A stretch of 64,000 nt of DNA from Vitrella brassicaformis CCMP3155 (lineage: Eukaryota; Protista; Chromerida). The position numbers and the translations under genes were made by a program. Location: the NCBI GenBank assembly GCA_001179505.1, contig CDMY01000297.1, positions 62,001 through 126,000 of the forward strand, in the 5' to 3' direction. The notes under the pieces were generated by a model. That model was not told the origin of the DNA. It worked only from the letters and a program-made list of their open reading frames with translations, and did no database searches. Each line of letters starts with the position of its first letter. Positions within the stretch are counted from its first letter, which is position 1. Below are positions 10,782 to 22,942 of this stretch, one piece after another.

Positions 10782-13700
10782 TTACACATGTTTATCTCGC
10801 CGTAAGGTAGCCGCTCCTGACTCTTGTGTGCGATGTGCGTGGTGTTTTGGGCCGCTGTGGCCCGGGTGAGACCTGGCGTAACCGGTGTGTCTGACCCAGA
10901 CACTCTCCCACAAACTGCATGGGACACAAGTGCAAGCAAAAGACGCACACACGCGGCATTGAATGCATTGAGCTAGTGCGGCGGCATTTCTGACCTGGAT
11001 GAAGTCATGCGAGTGGACCTGCCACGCATTCTTCGGGACGGGGGGCTCTGACAGACACACAATCAGGCAGACAGACAGACAGACACACAACAGAACACGT
11101 GTGCACACGGATGGATGCTTGTCTGCTTCTCGCTCACTCGACAGGTTGTGAATGAGTATGAGCTCCAACACGCGAGGGCCCACCACCGTGGCGACCTGCT
11201 GCAGCAAGAAGGGATCGCCACTGATCAGTACAGCCCTCGTCCGCCAACTCTGCACACACACACACGCACAAGAGATTGCATAATTGCGTGTCTCGCGGGG
11301 CGGATCGGATCGGTGGCCGCTGTCGACCGCCTGACCTTGACGGTGGCGATGAGCGGGAGGAATTCGGTGAATATCATCTCCTGCTCTTCGCCCAGCTTGA
11401 AGGTCTTGACGTCCATAACCTCACATCCACCGTAGCGAAGAGCCTTACGCAACTACGGTGGATACAGACGCAGAGACACAGTCACGTCTCCTTTGGGGTG
11501 TGTGTGTGTGTGTGTTTACCGGTACTGGAAGGTCGGCCTTGAACGAATTGTAAACCACCTGCACACATGGACACAGAAGCGCACATCGTGCAGTACGGCC
11601 GCATCCCCGTGCAGCGACTGCATCGGCTGTACCAGCATCTTGCGCTTCGACAACACGCGATCGCGCTGGAAGCTCTCGACACAGAAGTGGTTGAGGCCGA
11701 ACCTCAGCAGCAGCACCCGAATGACCCGCACAATGTCCCCAATATTTTCCCAACACGGCGGCAAAGGACACGTCGTGATGTCCCACACCACCTGATGGAT
11801 GACACACACCCGCAGAGACACATGTATGGATCCAATTCGCTGTATTGTGTGTGAGTGTATGTCCATCCTCACCTTTTGATATGTCTGATCGGTGGTGCTG
11901 GGAAACGGTGCCCTTCTGTACTCGGTGATGCTGCTGCATGGCTGCCACCACTGCGGCCGCGGCAATGCTGGCATCAGCTGGGGCGCTGCTTGGGGGCTGG
12001 GTGATGCTGCCTCATACTGGCCGCGCACCGGAGGCCGAGGGGAGCCGGTGGCGTCAGACGGCGACACAGAGGGGGCTGCGTCGTGGTCGGCTGTCGTCTG
12101 TGTGGCCTCCATGGGTTGGGGTGGTGGTGATGAGGTGTCTGTTGGCTCCTCGTCCACTGCCTGGTGCCACCTGGCAAACTCTGTCCGGAGCACCTCCAGC
12201 CTGAAACTCAACTGAGAAAGGCAATGATGGTGAAATGTCTCTTTGTCGGTGTGTGTGTTTCATTGTCTCCCTTACTTTGATCATTTGCAGGTATTTGTCC
12301 TGGTTAATCGGTTGGTTGAGGACCTCTGACGCCACCCAATCAGGGGAATTCAAAGCCCGGCGGAGATACCCCTCCAAAGCTGCACAAAATAGTTACAGTC
12401 ATCTGTGTCGCTCCCTGCCCTGACCTATTAGTGTGTGTGTCGCCCCTCCCCTTTTAAGACACGCACTGAATGCGGGCGCGTCGAGGTTGGTCTGGGGACG
12501 CTTAGCGGGTGCCCGCGTGGCGCGGTATGTCCTGCACGGCGGCTTGGCGTCCTTGGCGCCCCTCGGCTTGGCCTTTTTCTTCCCATGGGCCGCTTTCACC
12601 TCCTTAAGATCCCTCTCGATCACCGACTCGCCCAGCACTTTGGCCGTCCTCTCCTCGGACCTCTCCGTGTGTGGGATGGGCAGGCTGAGTACTTGGGCGG
12701 TCGTGCTGGTCGTTTCCGTGATGGCTGTGCCCCTCTTAAGGGGGTGCGGTGTCTGCTGCTGTTGCGTGCTGCTGGCGGTGGGCGTGCGGAGGGTTGTGCG
12801 GAGGCTGACCATTGTGGGGGCCATGTTGTTGGCGCGCTTGGGGGCGTCGTCGGTCAGGTCCATTTCATCCTCCTTCGGTGTGGGCAAGAGAGCTGAAAGA
12901 GGGAAAGACAGAGAGGGGTAGTGTCGGTGGTGCGTGAGCATACTGCTCGGCGTACTCTCCAGCTGTGTCGACAGATGGAGGATGGCGAGCATGGCGTTCC
13001 GAAACTGCTCGAGCGGCACATCACGGTAGTTGAGCCACACACGCCAGGCCTTCTCAAACACACCCCTGGCACACACGACGAGAAGGAGAAAGAGCCATGA
13101 CTGCGACCTGCAGGAGGTTTCTTACCTTGCTGCATCCCGCTCGCCAGGAGTGTCGGCCAGATGAGTGAGAACGTCGCACAAGTTATGGAAGTCTTGCGCC
13201 TGTGGTGCAATTGTTGAGAGCAGATGCGTGTGTGCAGTGCAAGGGGGAATACTGATGGCAGCTCTCTGTTACGTACCTCCCATTTCTCGAAGAAGACCGA
13301 TGGGTGGTGGTTGGCAACGCACAAACGCACCAGGTCCCAGAGGCTCGCCAGCTCACTCCGCCTCGCCAACATCTGATCGTCCTCTTGTCTCTTCTGATGC
13401 CCAGCCCCCTCTCCCTCTCCCTCTCCCTCCTCGCCCTCCCCGCCCTCCCCGCCGTGCTGTCCGCCTGCCTTTTCCATATCTGTGTCTGCAAGCTCCTCAT
13501 ACTTGAATCCGTTGTGGCACAGCTGGATGAACTGCGACAGACACAACTCCAGCTCCACATAGGTCTCGCCGCCACCATCTAGGAGGGAGGACGGCAGCGG
13601 CAGCGGATACACCTCCACCTTGTCACTTCCCCTCAGCAGACGCCTGTTCCAGAAGGCCTGTCTCGCCTGGTTCGGGCCCCTCTGGCGCGGCATGTGCTTG

Positions 13701-14610
13701 GGGTGGGGCGGCGACGCCAGTCGGCTCCACTTGTTGGCGTTCCTTAGCGAGCGCACCTCCCTTATCTCCTCAATCTCTTCCTGTGTGGCCGTCTCCCACC
13801 CTCCCCACGGCGTGGGGGCGCTGTAGAGGTCCCGCAGGCGGCTCCAGGTCTGTGCGAGCCGGGTGGTGAGGTCCACCCAGGGTGGGCTGAAGTATGGGTT
13901 GACGGCAGGATCGCTCAGGTGGGCGTAGAGGACACGCTGGTTGAGGAACACGCGGATGCGGCAGTAGTCCTGTGTGGGGACGACGCGAGCAAGGTACGCA
14001 AAGTGCATCTCGCCGTCATCGGTCGGGATGATGATGGTGTGGCCTTCCACGAAGTCCTGCAAGTCGTGGGCCGTCTCTTTGCCGCTCTGCCCCCTCCCAT
14101 TGCTTCCTGGACCATTGCTTCCTGGATGACCACCACCGTCGCGAAATCCCAGGGCATCCCAGTGCAGGGGCCCTTCGGCGGACGGGCAAACCTCTTCGAT
14201 GGCCTCCCTCCAGATCTCATCGATCTCGCGTTGGTCAAGCCCTTTGTCCTCAAAGCTTGTCCTCTCACGGATGGTCGCTCTTGCCTGGCGACAGATCTGG
14301 TCGTACGACTCTGTGACGAGCTGCTTGGCCTGCCGCCGCAGCTGTCCCTCCATCAATGAGAGCGAGAAACCAAGGGCCACGCCTGTGCACAGACAGATGC
14401 AGCATTCAACAGACAATGCATGTGTGACACGCGTGTGTGCTCACCTCTGCATTGCTCAATAGTGGTTGCAGAGAAGCCCCGCTCAAACTCGCGCATCCGC
14501 TGTCGGAGGGCGGCGATCCCGCCATGAAGTGCAGAGGGAGCCACTCCATGACTCAGAGGAGGGGTCTCCACTGACTTGAGTTGTGCTTGCTTCCTGGGAG
14601 ATCCTGACAT
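10782..14610 (-). CDS. Hypothetical multi-exon protein of unknown function
   Basis: ATG at 14610 (MSGSPRKQ). A coding-like exon of about 1.1 kb (13275-14383) is followed by exons flanked by TG-rich GT-AG introns. No recognisable domain; the 3' exon structure is uncertain. Confidence 0.55.
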
Positions 14611-14914
14611 TGGGTTTTGAAGCTGCGCGTACTCATTCCTGACAAAAATGGTTGCATTGGCATCACAACAAGTATCACAAGAAGTGAGGGAAGATGGGAA
14701 TTCGCTGCTTACGTGACGCGGGGAGGCTTGTAATCGTTGTCGAACAAGGGATCACAGCGTATGTCCCTCCACATCTTGTATGCTTCTGGCGATAGTTACC
14801 GTGGGGGAAGGGAGAACGTCGAGACTGGGCCCCCAGAGATTCTGGGGACATTTTGTTCCTTCCCTCCCATCATCGTCGCAAGGTTGAACGGTGCACGGCT
14901 CCCACATCGTCGCA

Positions 14915-17900
14915 ATGGCGTTGCCCGCTGTCCCGCAAGATGACCTGTCGCATCGCATGCTAGAGGTGTACGCCGCTGCTGGCCTCTCTCTTCTACCGGC
15001 GGGCTCTCCTGAGGCACACTTGAAGGCGCTGCTGACACAACGAGGAGCGCTACCGGACAAGCAAGACGGCCACGAGGCCAAGAAGAGACTGTCCATCGCT
15101 GACCAGGCTTCCCCCCGGCCAAAGGCGGAGGAACACACCAAGGCCGCGCCAACCAAAGCCAGGGTGGCCCTCCCCCCGTTGAGAAACGGCGAAAAGCGCC
15201 ACGAGCACGAGGATGAGAGCAGACCTGACGAGGAATCAGCCCCAATCGTCCCTCGCAAGCGCAGATTCCCGCGGCAGCCTCGCGAAGTGGTATGGATTCG
15301 ATCACTGACATTCATGCACTCGTCGGTGCTCTTGGAGGGATGTTAAATGTCCTTCCAGGTTCAATTAAAGGCGATGGGCTACAGCGAGCTGATAGATCTG
15401 TATCGGCAGAAGAAGGCCTCGGACATGATTTCGCTTCTCAAGCAGCACCCAGTCAAGACCAACATCAGGCAGCGTATGGAGCTGGCAGAGGTACATACAT
15501 GGAATTCGCTCTTACACATCTTGAGCTGATTGCACATTATGTGGGTGATAGGCTTTAGGTCTGAAGGACAGTGAGTGGGACAAGGTGCAGGACTCGTCGG
15601 CTTTGCAGATCTTTATGAGGGCCGAGAAGAAACTACGCACAGTGCAGGTGGTGGCCGCCGTCCGCATTCAGGCCGCATGTCGTGCCTGGAAGGTCCGCAG
15701 GGAGATCAAACGGGTGAGCTTGGGAACCAGAAGAGCCCACACTGCCAGGGACCAGGGCACCCATTCTTTGTGCATGTCTCATGACCATGCAGGCGCAGCT
15801 GCTGCAGGAAACGAAGTCCTGTATCATTCAGCGGAAGTGGCGCCGTTGGGCGAGATACCAGCGTGGAGTGGTTAGGCTGATCCGTCTTCGGGAGAGGCGC
15901 CTTGCTGCCGTCATCACCATCCAAGCTGTCAGTCAGTCAGGGCTGAGGGCACACCAAAGAGACACAAGGGCATGCGTAAGGTCCACGTGCAATGTGCAGG
16001 CTTGTCGCGGGTGGATATTCCGTTCGGGCAGGGCTGGGCTTACATCTCTCATCAAGATCAGGATGCTGCTGCAGACCTTCCACTGGATCAAGAAAACAAG
16101 AGAGTCGCTGGTAAGGCGGTGTAAATGCCGTTGCACCCCGCGCATCACGGTGTCTTGTCTCCCCTCGTGATCACATACAGGCAGCGTTCCGGATACAGAG
16201 GAACTGGCGCATATACGCTGATGCCAAGAAGGCGCCTGTCGATGCTGGCAAGACCATTCTCATCCTCGGCTCACTCTACCAACGGTCACTTCAAGAGGTA
16301 ACCAACAGCCGGCACCCATGAATACATCGCATCCCTCGATGTGCATATGTGTATTTGCCTGTATTTGGGATGGGAAGGCGAGGCGGCGAGCTCTGAATGT
16401 GATACTGGAGGGGACGCCCAGACCACTACGCTCTAACTTCGAGTTCACCTTCAGCATATTCGCCCTCGCCCAGGCCCAGGGCAAGAGGATCGCTGTCTTA
16501 GGTATGTTAGCCGCATTTGCCCAGGTGGAAACCTGTGTCTACTCCCTTAATCGCAGAGCGTCGGGCTTTCACCACAGCCACAGGGTGCCTGACCAAGCTG
16601 GGAAGCAAGCTTTCAGACGAGCACGGCAGCAGCGCCAGCAATAAGGCAGATGGTGACTCTAGTGGTCAAAGGCCGAAATTTGATGGCAGTATGTGGTCAA
16701 AAGCGACTCTGGTCGTCATGGGACTCACGTCCGTCAAGCCCAACGTGTCGGCCAAGACAAAGAAGGAGTGTGTGGCCTTCGAGCAGGAAGTACTGCGGCC
16801 TCTCTTTCCCAGACGCAAGCCAGTCAAACGACTAAGTAAGCGGGAAGAAGAGACATGATATATATGGGGGCCTTGTGTGCATCATGTGCAGGGACAGAGG
16901 CCACCGAGAAGAAGCCCCCGACCCCCGGCCGCTCCCCAGCAAGAGAGGCCAGGGGCAGGGGCACGCGGCGCGCGTCACAGCACGAAGCAGCCAAACAGCA
17001 GGAATCGGCCAAATCGGCAGGGCCATCCAAGACGCAAGACAGCACAGCCAAGGGCGACGGCACGCCCCCTAGTGACAAGAAGGGCGGCCTCCGTCTGCCT
17101 GCAGCCGTCAAGCACACGCACGAGGGTCCGCGGCAGCTGCCGGCGATCGCGAGCCTGAAGAGGCAGTCTGTGCCTACAGGGCCTGTCGGCTTTGTGATGG
17201 CAGACATGTCGCCCACCAGTGCTGACCAGGAAGTGGCACGACGCCGCCGCCACTCGACATTCGCTGACGGCCTTCACCACGCCACCCCCCATCTCCCCTC
17301 GTTAACGCCGACAGTCCTGTCCCCATCCAGCGGAGCCTCAGACATCCGCTGGCGGCAACGGAGCGTTACGTACAGCCCCCAAACCCGCGCGAGAAGGGCG
17401 TCAATCGGGGCCACCGTTCCCAAGGAGCTGCTCGTGCGTTCTGTGCAGGAGAAGACCCCACTGCAGGGGCTGCTAAGTGACGGCTCCTTCAAGTACAGCA
17501 ACCGGCTGCGGCAGAGGCACTACGCGTCTTTGGTGGCCATGCTGGTGGCGAGGAGGGCAGCAACAATAACGGACTCGGCGGCCTCCTCGCCGGCGGCCAA
17601 GCTGAAACACTTCGATCGGACGTTCTCGCGAAACTCGCTCGAGGCCCATCCTCTCTTTGAGCTGGAACACAAGGGCAACACCACTCTGGAGGGCGTCCTC
17701 GCCAAACTGGGCGATACGGGCGCACAGGAAAGGTCGGACATGAAGAGAGAAGGAGATGGGTGCGTGTCATGGATGGACTGCTGCCTGTGGCTTGAGTGGA
17801 TCAGAGCCGAGAATATTCCCCTGAGACGGTCAACGAGCCAGAAGATCGAGGAGCGGTTCATCGAGAGGTGCGCTAAGTATGGGCGGCAAGCTGTACTTTC

Positions 17901-18811
17901 GCTGCTGCAGCTGCAGCCAGATGTGTGAATAATTAATGTGGTGTCAGCTGTGTGCTTTGGAACATATTGACGCTGCTTGTGTGTCTCTCAGACAGTGTTT
18001 GCTCTCAGTCAGTCATTGTGTTATTGAGCCATCAATCGATCAACCAATCACACGTATGAGTGTGCCGCTGCCTCTGCTGCTCAGTCGGTGTAATTCTTCT
18101 CCTGCGTGTGCCCACACAGAGACACGAAAAGGAAAGAATGTGCATTTGATGAGGCGTGTCTGCTCCGTCCCCCATACACAACATACGTAGTAGTGCCGCA
18201 TCCAGAGGAGATCTCTGATTTTGTCAGTCAGCTCTTCGCGCTTCGTTCGCCGATAAAACCTCTCACTGCATCACAAGAAAGAACCTCTCTTGTTGTCTGT
18301 CTGTCTGTCTGTCTCCATGTGTGTCCGTACGGTATGGTTCTGTCGAGGTTGATGTACGAGAGTGGGGTGGCGCGCCTCTTTGTCGGTGCAGGGAAGGGCT
18401 GAATGTAACCGGTGCCTGCGCATGCACAAACAGACAGACAGACAGACAGGCAGGCAGGCAAGCCAAGGAGACAGATGGCTGTGTGTCGGTCTGTCTGTCT
18501 GGCTGTCTGTGTGTCTGTGCCTTCGAAGCCGGTCAGTCCCTCAGTTGGCATGCCGATCGGCAGAGCTGACGAGTACGCCGTGTCGCTCTCCTTCCCTCCA
18601 TCAGACGACTACACACACATGTCAGAGACACACATGGATGCGCACGAATGTGTCTCTCTGCTTTACTGCAGCCGTGTCAGCTGTGGCTGGTGAGTGGGCG
18701 ATGACTGCCAGCAGAACCGCAGCGACCAACACACACTTGGGCAGCGACATTGTTTATGCTGTCGGTCAGTCGATTGATCGATCACCAGACGAGCAAGCGA
18801 TGCACTTTTGA
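14915..18811 (+). CDS. IQ calmodulin-binding motif protein with long Ser/Arg/Pro-rich region
   Basis: Several IQ-like motifs in separate exons: AAVRIQAACRAWKVRREIKR, SCIIQRKWRRWARYQR, AVITIQ...CRGWIFR, FRIQRNWRIY. Long exon at about 16891-17925. The 3' end is uncertain. Confidence 0.7.
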
Positions 18812-18903
18812 ACGTGTCAGTTGAATTGGGTCGTCAATATATACTCAGTCGAGAATACACGACAGATGCACGTCGATCACCACCACACATGCGCTAGTTC
18901 TCT

Positions 18904-18958
18904 TCAGGCGAAGTGGACTTCGCCGGTTCGCTGTGGTCCACTTCGTCAGGCGAAGTGG
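18904..18958. other. Compact inverted/direct repeat element with alternative hairpins
   Basis: ggcgaagt (18907-14) pairs with acttcgcc (18917-24); cgaagtggac (18909-18) with gtccacttcg (18936-45); ccacttcg (18938-45) with cgaagtgg (18951-58). 13-bp direct repeat tcaggcgaagtgg at 18904 and 18946. Confidence 0.75.
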
Positions 18959-19107
18959 TTCCATAAAATTTAATGCTATACACGAGCGACGCTATCACTA
19001 CCCACGAGAAGGTCAATATATGCTTCAAGCTGGCCAAATCGGTGAGTTCACATAGTGATTTTGCATTTGGGTTCTTATTCGTTGACCTCTCGGCATCTCG
19101 CTTCGTC

Positions 19108-19791
19108 ATGCATCGCGTTGTGGTTCTCTTCGCGATCGCCGCCGTGGCGGTGAATGGTTTTCTTGTGGCCATGGCTGCCAAACGCACCGAGGACAAACGT
19201 ATGGACGCAAGAGGGAGGAAGACGCAGATCTGTGTGTGTGTTGGTGTGTGTGGACAGATGCGTCCGAAAGTAGTGGGTCTACGCGTCTGTCGCTCATGAG
19301 CGACATCAGCCGCGCAAAGACCATGATAACGGCCGCCAGCTCGATGACCGCCGCGGCCCTCGAGGCCATAAACAATGCCCAGCACCACGTAACGATGTTT
19401 CAGGAAGCATCCGGCAGAAAAGCTGGTACGCCATCCATTGAATTCCATTGATGACACAACACATGTGTTGTGTTGTGTTGTGTGTTGTGTCGTGGGTGCA
19501 GAGGCCCAGTGCACCCCGTACAGGGGTGTAGTGTGCGGGTCGGCTGCTCCTGACGGCACGCCTTGTGGCATCGACAGCTCCGGTCATCACTGCTTCTGCC
19601 AGGGGGGAGTCTGCGGATCAATGACAACGTAACCAAGCGAACTGTTAGTGTATTTCTGCTGTGTTGGTCAACTGTGTGTGTGTGCCTGTATGTCTGCGCG
19701 TGTGTCGGACGGCATCAGGTCGTGGGACTTTGCAGATCTGGAGTATGGTCCGGCCACCGGCTTGGACCCCATCGGCTCGGGCTTACTGTAG
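19108..19791 (+). CDS. Small secreted cysteine-rich protein (152 aa, 4 exons)
   Basis: Exons 19108-19198, 19258-19425, 19502-19628, 19719-19791 join in frame. Signal peptide MHRVVVLFAIAAVAVNGFLVAMA; 6-Cys module CTPYRGVVCGSAAPDGTPCGIDSSGHHCFCQGGVC. Confidence 0.75.
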
Positions 19792-20605
19792 ATATCTGCA
19801 CAGACAGACAAGTAGCTTCGGTAGCCACCAGAGGGAGGGAGGGAGGGAGGGAGCGAGGGAGAGGACACGTACGTGTGTGTTTGCGCGCGGTTGGTGGGGC
19901 CAATGAAGGGCACATGATCGTTTAATGTTCTTCTGTGTTGGTTGGCGGCATGGCATGGCATGGCCTTTTTGAATGTCTGGCTGCGTGGTGTGGTGTCTTC
20001 TTTTCCCGCTTTCCGTGAGTCTGACTGGAAACACACCCCCTCCCCTCTGCTTTCTCTTCTCCCCCACGTGTGGGACTCTCGCTCGGTTTCTCGCCCCTTG
20101 GTGCGTGTGTCCGTGCATCGGTGTGCTTTGGCGGCGTGTCAGTGCGGTGGGAATGGGGTGACTGGCTGAATGGCGAACAGAGAGAGGCATGACGGGCGCT
20201 GTGGCTGGCCGTCGTTGCGGGTGGTGCACTTGTGCTGCGCCAACCGACACACACAAGGATGCGCACACCCAACACGCACGACTGATCACCACACGCACCA
20301 TACCGCTCGCCATCGCCTTGCTCGAGTTCCTCAATGCCTGGGTGGCACTTTGGATGCATGGTGGTAGCTAAGGACCCTCACGGAGCAATGAATCAGCACC
20401 AAGGACAGCAAAGAAACAGGAAGGCTTCATTCACTTTACGAATATTGAGTCACATGTCCATCAATCGATCAACACGCATGGACTGCTCCCCATCGGTAAG
20501 TGGGTGGAGGAGGTCACCCCACACTCACGGACAGAGGCAGGCAGCCATTCAGCCCCGCACACAGATCCCCCGATCGTCCAAGCATTACAAAGGTCGATCG
20601 TGCCC

Positions 20606-21404
20606 TCAGAAGAGCCTGAATTGCTTCCTGGCTGTCCCGAAGATCTGGTTCTTCTCGACCTTGAGCACGTTGAAACGGACCGTCTTGGCCAGAGGACTGC
20701 ACACACAGCACACACAGATCAGATGAGCGCTGTACGCCGTGTGTTGCCGGGGGGAGGGGAGAGGATGCGTCGTGGTACCGGCACTGTCCGAAAGTGATGA
20801 GGTCTCCCTCCTTGACGTCGAATGCGGGGCTGCAGTGGACGGAGAAGTTGGCGTGGCGCTTCTCGAACCGGTTGTACTTGGGGATGTAGTGCAGGTAGTG
20901 CGTGCGGACAACTATCGTACGCTGCATCTTGGTCGATATGCACATGCCCCTGAACACACAACACAACACACCACACACACAGTAAGTACACACTTTGCCC
21001 TCGTCCCTCCCCGTCAGCTGAGAGTGAGCGTGGCCATCGTTGCGTACTTGAGTATTCGCCCCCTGATGCTGACGTTTGAGGTGAAGGGGCACTTCTTGTC
21101 GATGTAGGTGCCCTCCTTGGCCTCCTTTGGGACCTGGAAGCCCAACCCGATGTCCTTCCAGTACCGCAGACCCTTGGCGCCCTTCTTGGCGAGCATACGC
21201 TTGTTCCCAAGGAAGATCGCATCCTGCTTCTGGAACGCACGCTCAGTCTGGTCGGTGGGCACACACACACACACACCACACGCAGCACGACAGACCACAC
21301 ACACCAGAGTGATGTGCGCACAAGGAGCGGTGCTGCATTTCGTTTTTTGTGAGATCTGTGTTGGTTCGCACCTGATCAAGCGTTGCGTGGGCTGTGGCCG
21401 CCAT
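20606..21404 (-). CDS. RPS11: 40S ribosomal protein S11 (uS17)
   Basis: [11 protein letters not shown]|TERAFQKQ...[33 protein letters not shown]|...[24 protein letters not shown]...QCR|[13 protein letters not shown]. Confidence 0.97.
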
Positions 21405-21878
21405 GGTGCGTGAGAAAGCACTTCTCGTGAGCGAGCTTGGCTTTCACGCGAGCTTTCAAGCTCGCAGTGCCGGTCACCGCTTGCGCCGCTGCAGCTCTAG
21501 TTCAGGCGTCCTCCTCCTTGTTTTGTCAAGCCAAGGAGGTTTTGCAAGCTGCAAAACGGTCGACAGCTCTGCAGTGAAAGGAAGAGCTCCGCAACCTGAC
21601 CACGTGCCTGACCGCTGCCAGCCTGGTAAAGGAGAGCAGGTCAGCGCGGCAACGTTCCAGCGATATCCAGCGACCAAGAAAACGCGACGCTCTTACACCC
21701 TCTCAACTGCGGCGCTTGGACGACGGCGCTGCCTGAAGGCGGTGCTGGTGCCTAAGGAGGCCCCTGCAGAAGGAAGGCAACCAGCTCATTGCAGTCTCGC
21801 AGCCTTAGCCGACGAGCAGTCCGGCGGCCCGCCAGTCAGTCTGCAGTCAGTCCCGGGTTCGGTAGCCGTCAGTGAGGA

Positions 21879-22942
21879 ATGGAGGTTTGGCTGTTCATCA
21901 TCGGGTACCTCATCAACTTCGCGGCGAGCTGCCTGCTGCTGTACAAGATATGGCGTCACAAGTCCATCTACGGCCTCAGCGGCGACACCCAGTACTGCTT
22001 CCTCTTCGCCACACTCGCACGGTGCTTCTGGTCTTTCGACACACGACTTGTAGAGGTACGTAGGGATGCATGCAGGCAGCCAGGCAGCCGTCTGTGGGCA
22101 ATCCAGAGACCACTTTTGCCTGCCATCTGTGTGGCTTGTGTTTGTTGTCTTGTCTTGGCTTGTTCAGACATGGCTGGCTCACTTTGAGCTGCTGTGCTCG
22201 ACGGTTGTAGCGTGTCTGCTGTCGTATTCGGTGTGGCGGTACTGGCACACGACCACCAAGCAGGCCCCCCCCTACCTTAGGCTGCTCTTCGCCGTGCCCC
22301 TTGCGGCTCTGCTGGCGTTTTTCTTCCACCCCGGTCGGCAGTGGTTCACGATCCAGAGCCTCGTGGCGTTTACCATGTACGTCGAGGCGGTGGCGCTGCT
22401 GCCTCAACTCTTCCTCATGAGGAACATGATCGAGGTCAGCGAGAGGGAGGGGGTGAATGGACCACGAGTGGGGGAGGCTGGATGGCCAGATTGTGTGTTG
22501 TGTGTTGTGTGTGTGTCGTGTGTTATGGGTGGCTGCAGATAGAGCCGTTAACGTCCCATTATGTGGGTCTGCTGGTGATATCGAGGGCCGTCAGGATCGC
22601 ATTCTGGATACAACTATACATACAGGGTGGGAAATAACGCCACACGCGAGAGCGGGACACACGGAAAACAGACAGAGCATGGTGTGTTTGTCTGTTGGTT
22701 GATTGGTGCTGTGACCAGGTGAGCACTTCGTCAGCCTCATCCTTGCAGACGTCCTCCACTCACTATTCTCAGGTGCGTCACACGTCCGTCTGCGGGAGTG
22801 CACGCGGGAGTGCACTCCCGCAGGACCAACCGGCAGGCACACACACAGCACAAGGTGCTTCCTGCTCTTTTGTTCAGCTGACTACTTCATCATGTGGATC
22901 CGCAAACTGCGGAACGGCGGGGCGCTCGTCTACCGACTCTAA
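21879..22942 (+). CDS. ERD2: ER lumen protein-retaining receptor (KDEL receptor/ERD2-like)
   Basis: LLLYKIWRHKSIYGLSGDTQ, AFTMYVEAVALLPQLFLMRNMIE|IEPLTSHYVGLLVISRAVR, and C-terminal ADYFIMWIRK. About 7 hydrophobic segments; 5 exons. Confidence 0.88.

Noticed and set aside
18894-19571. 225-aa minus-strand ORF
   Set aside because: Antisense shadow of the 19108-19791 gene and its introns; includes translated (CA)n repeats.
19940-20400. Short ORFs on both strands between the secreted-protein gene and RPS11
   Set aside because: No coherent spliced model; the minus-strand MASDIYSKPEP chain overlaps the better-supported + strand gene antisense.
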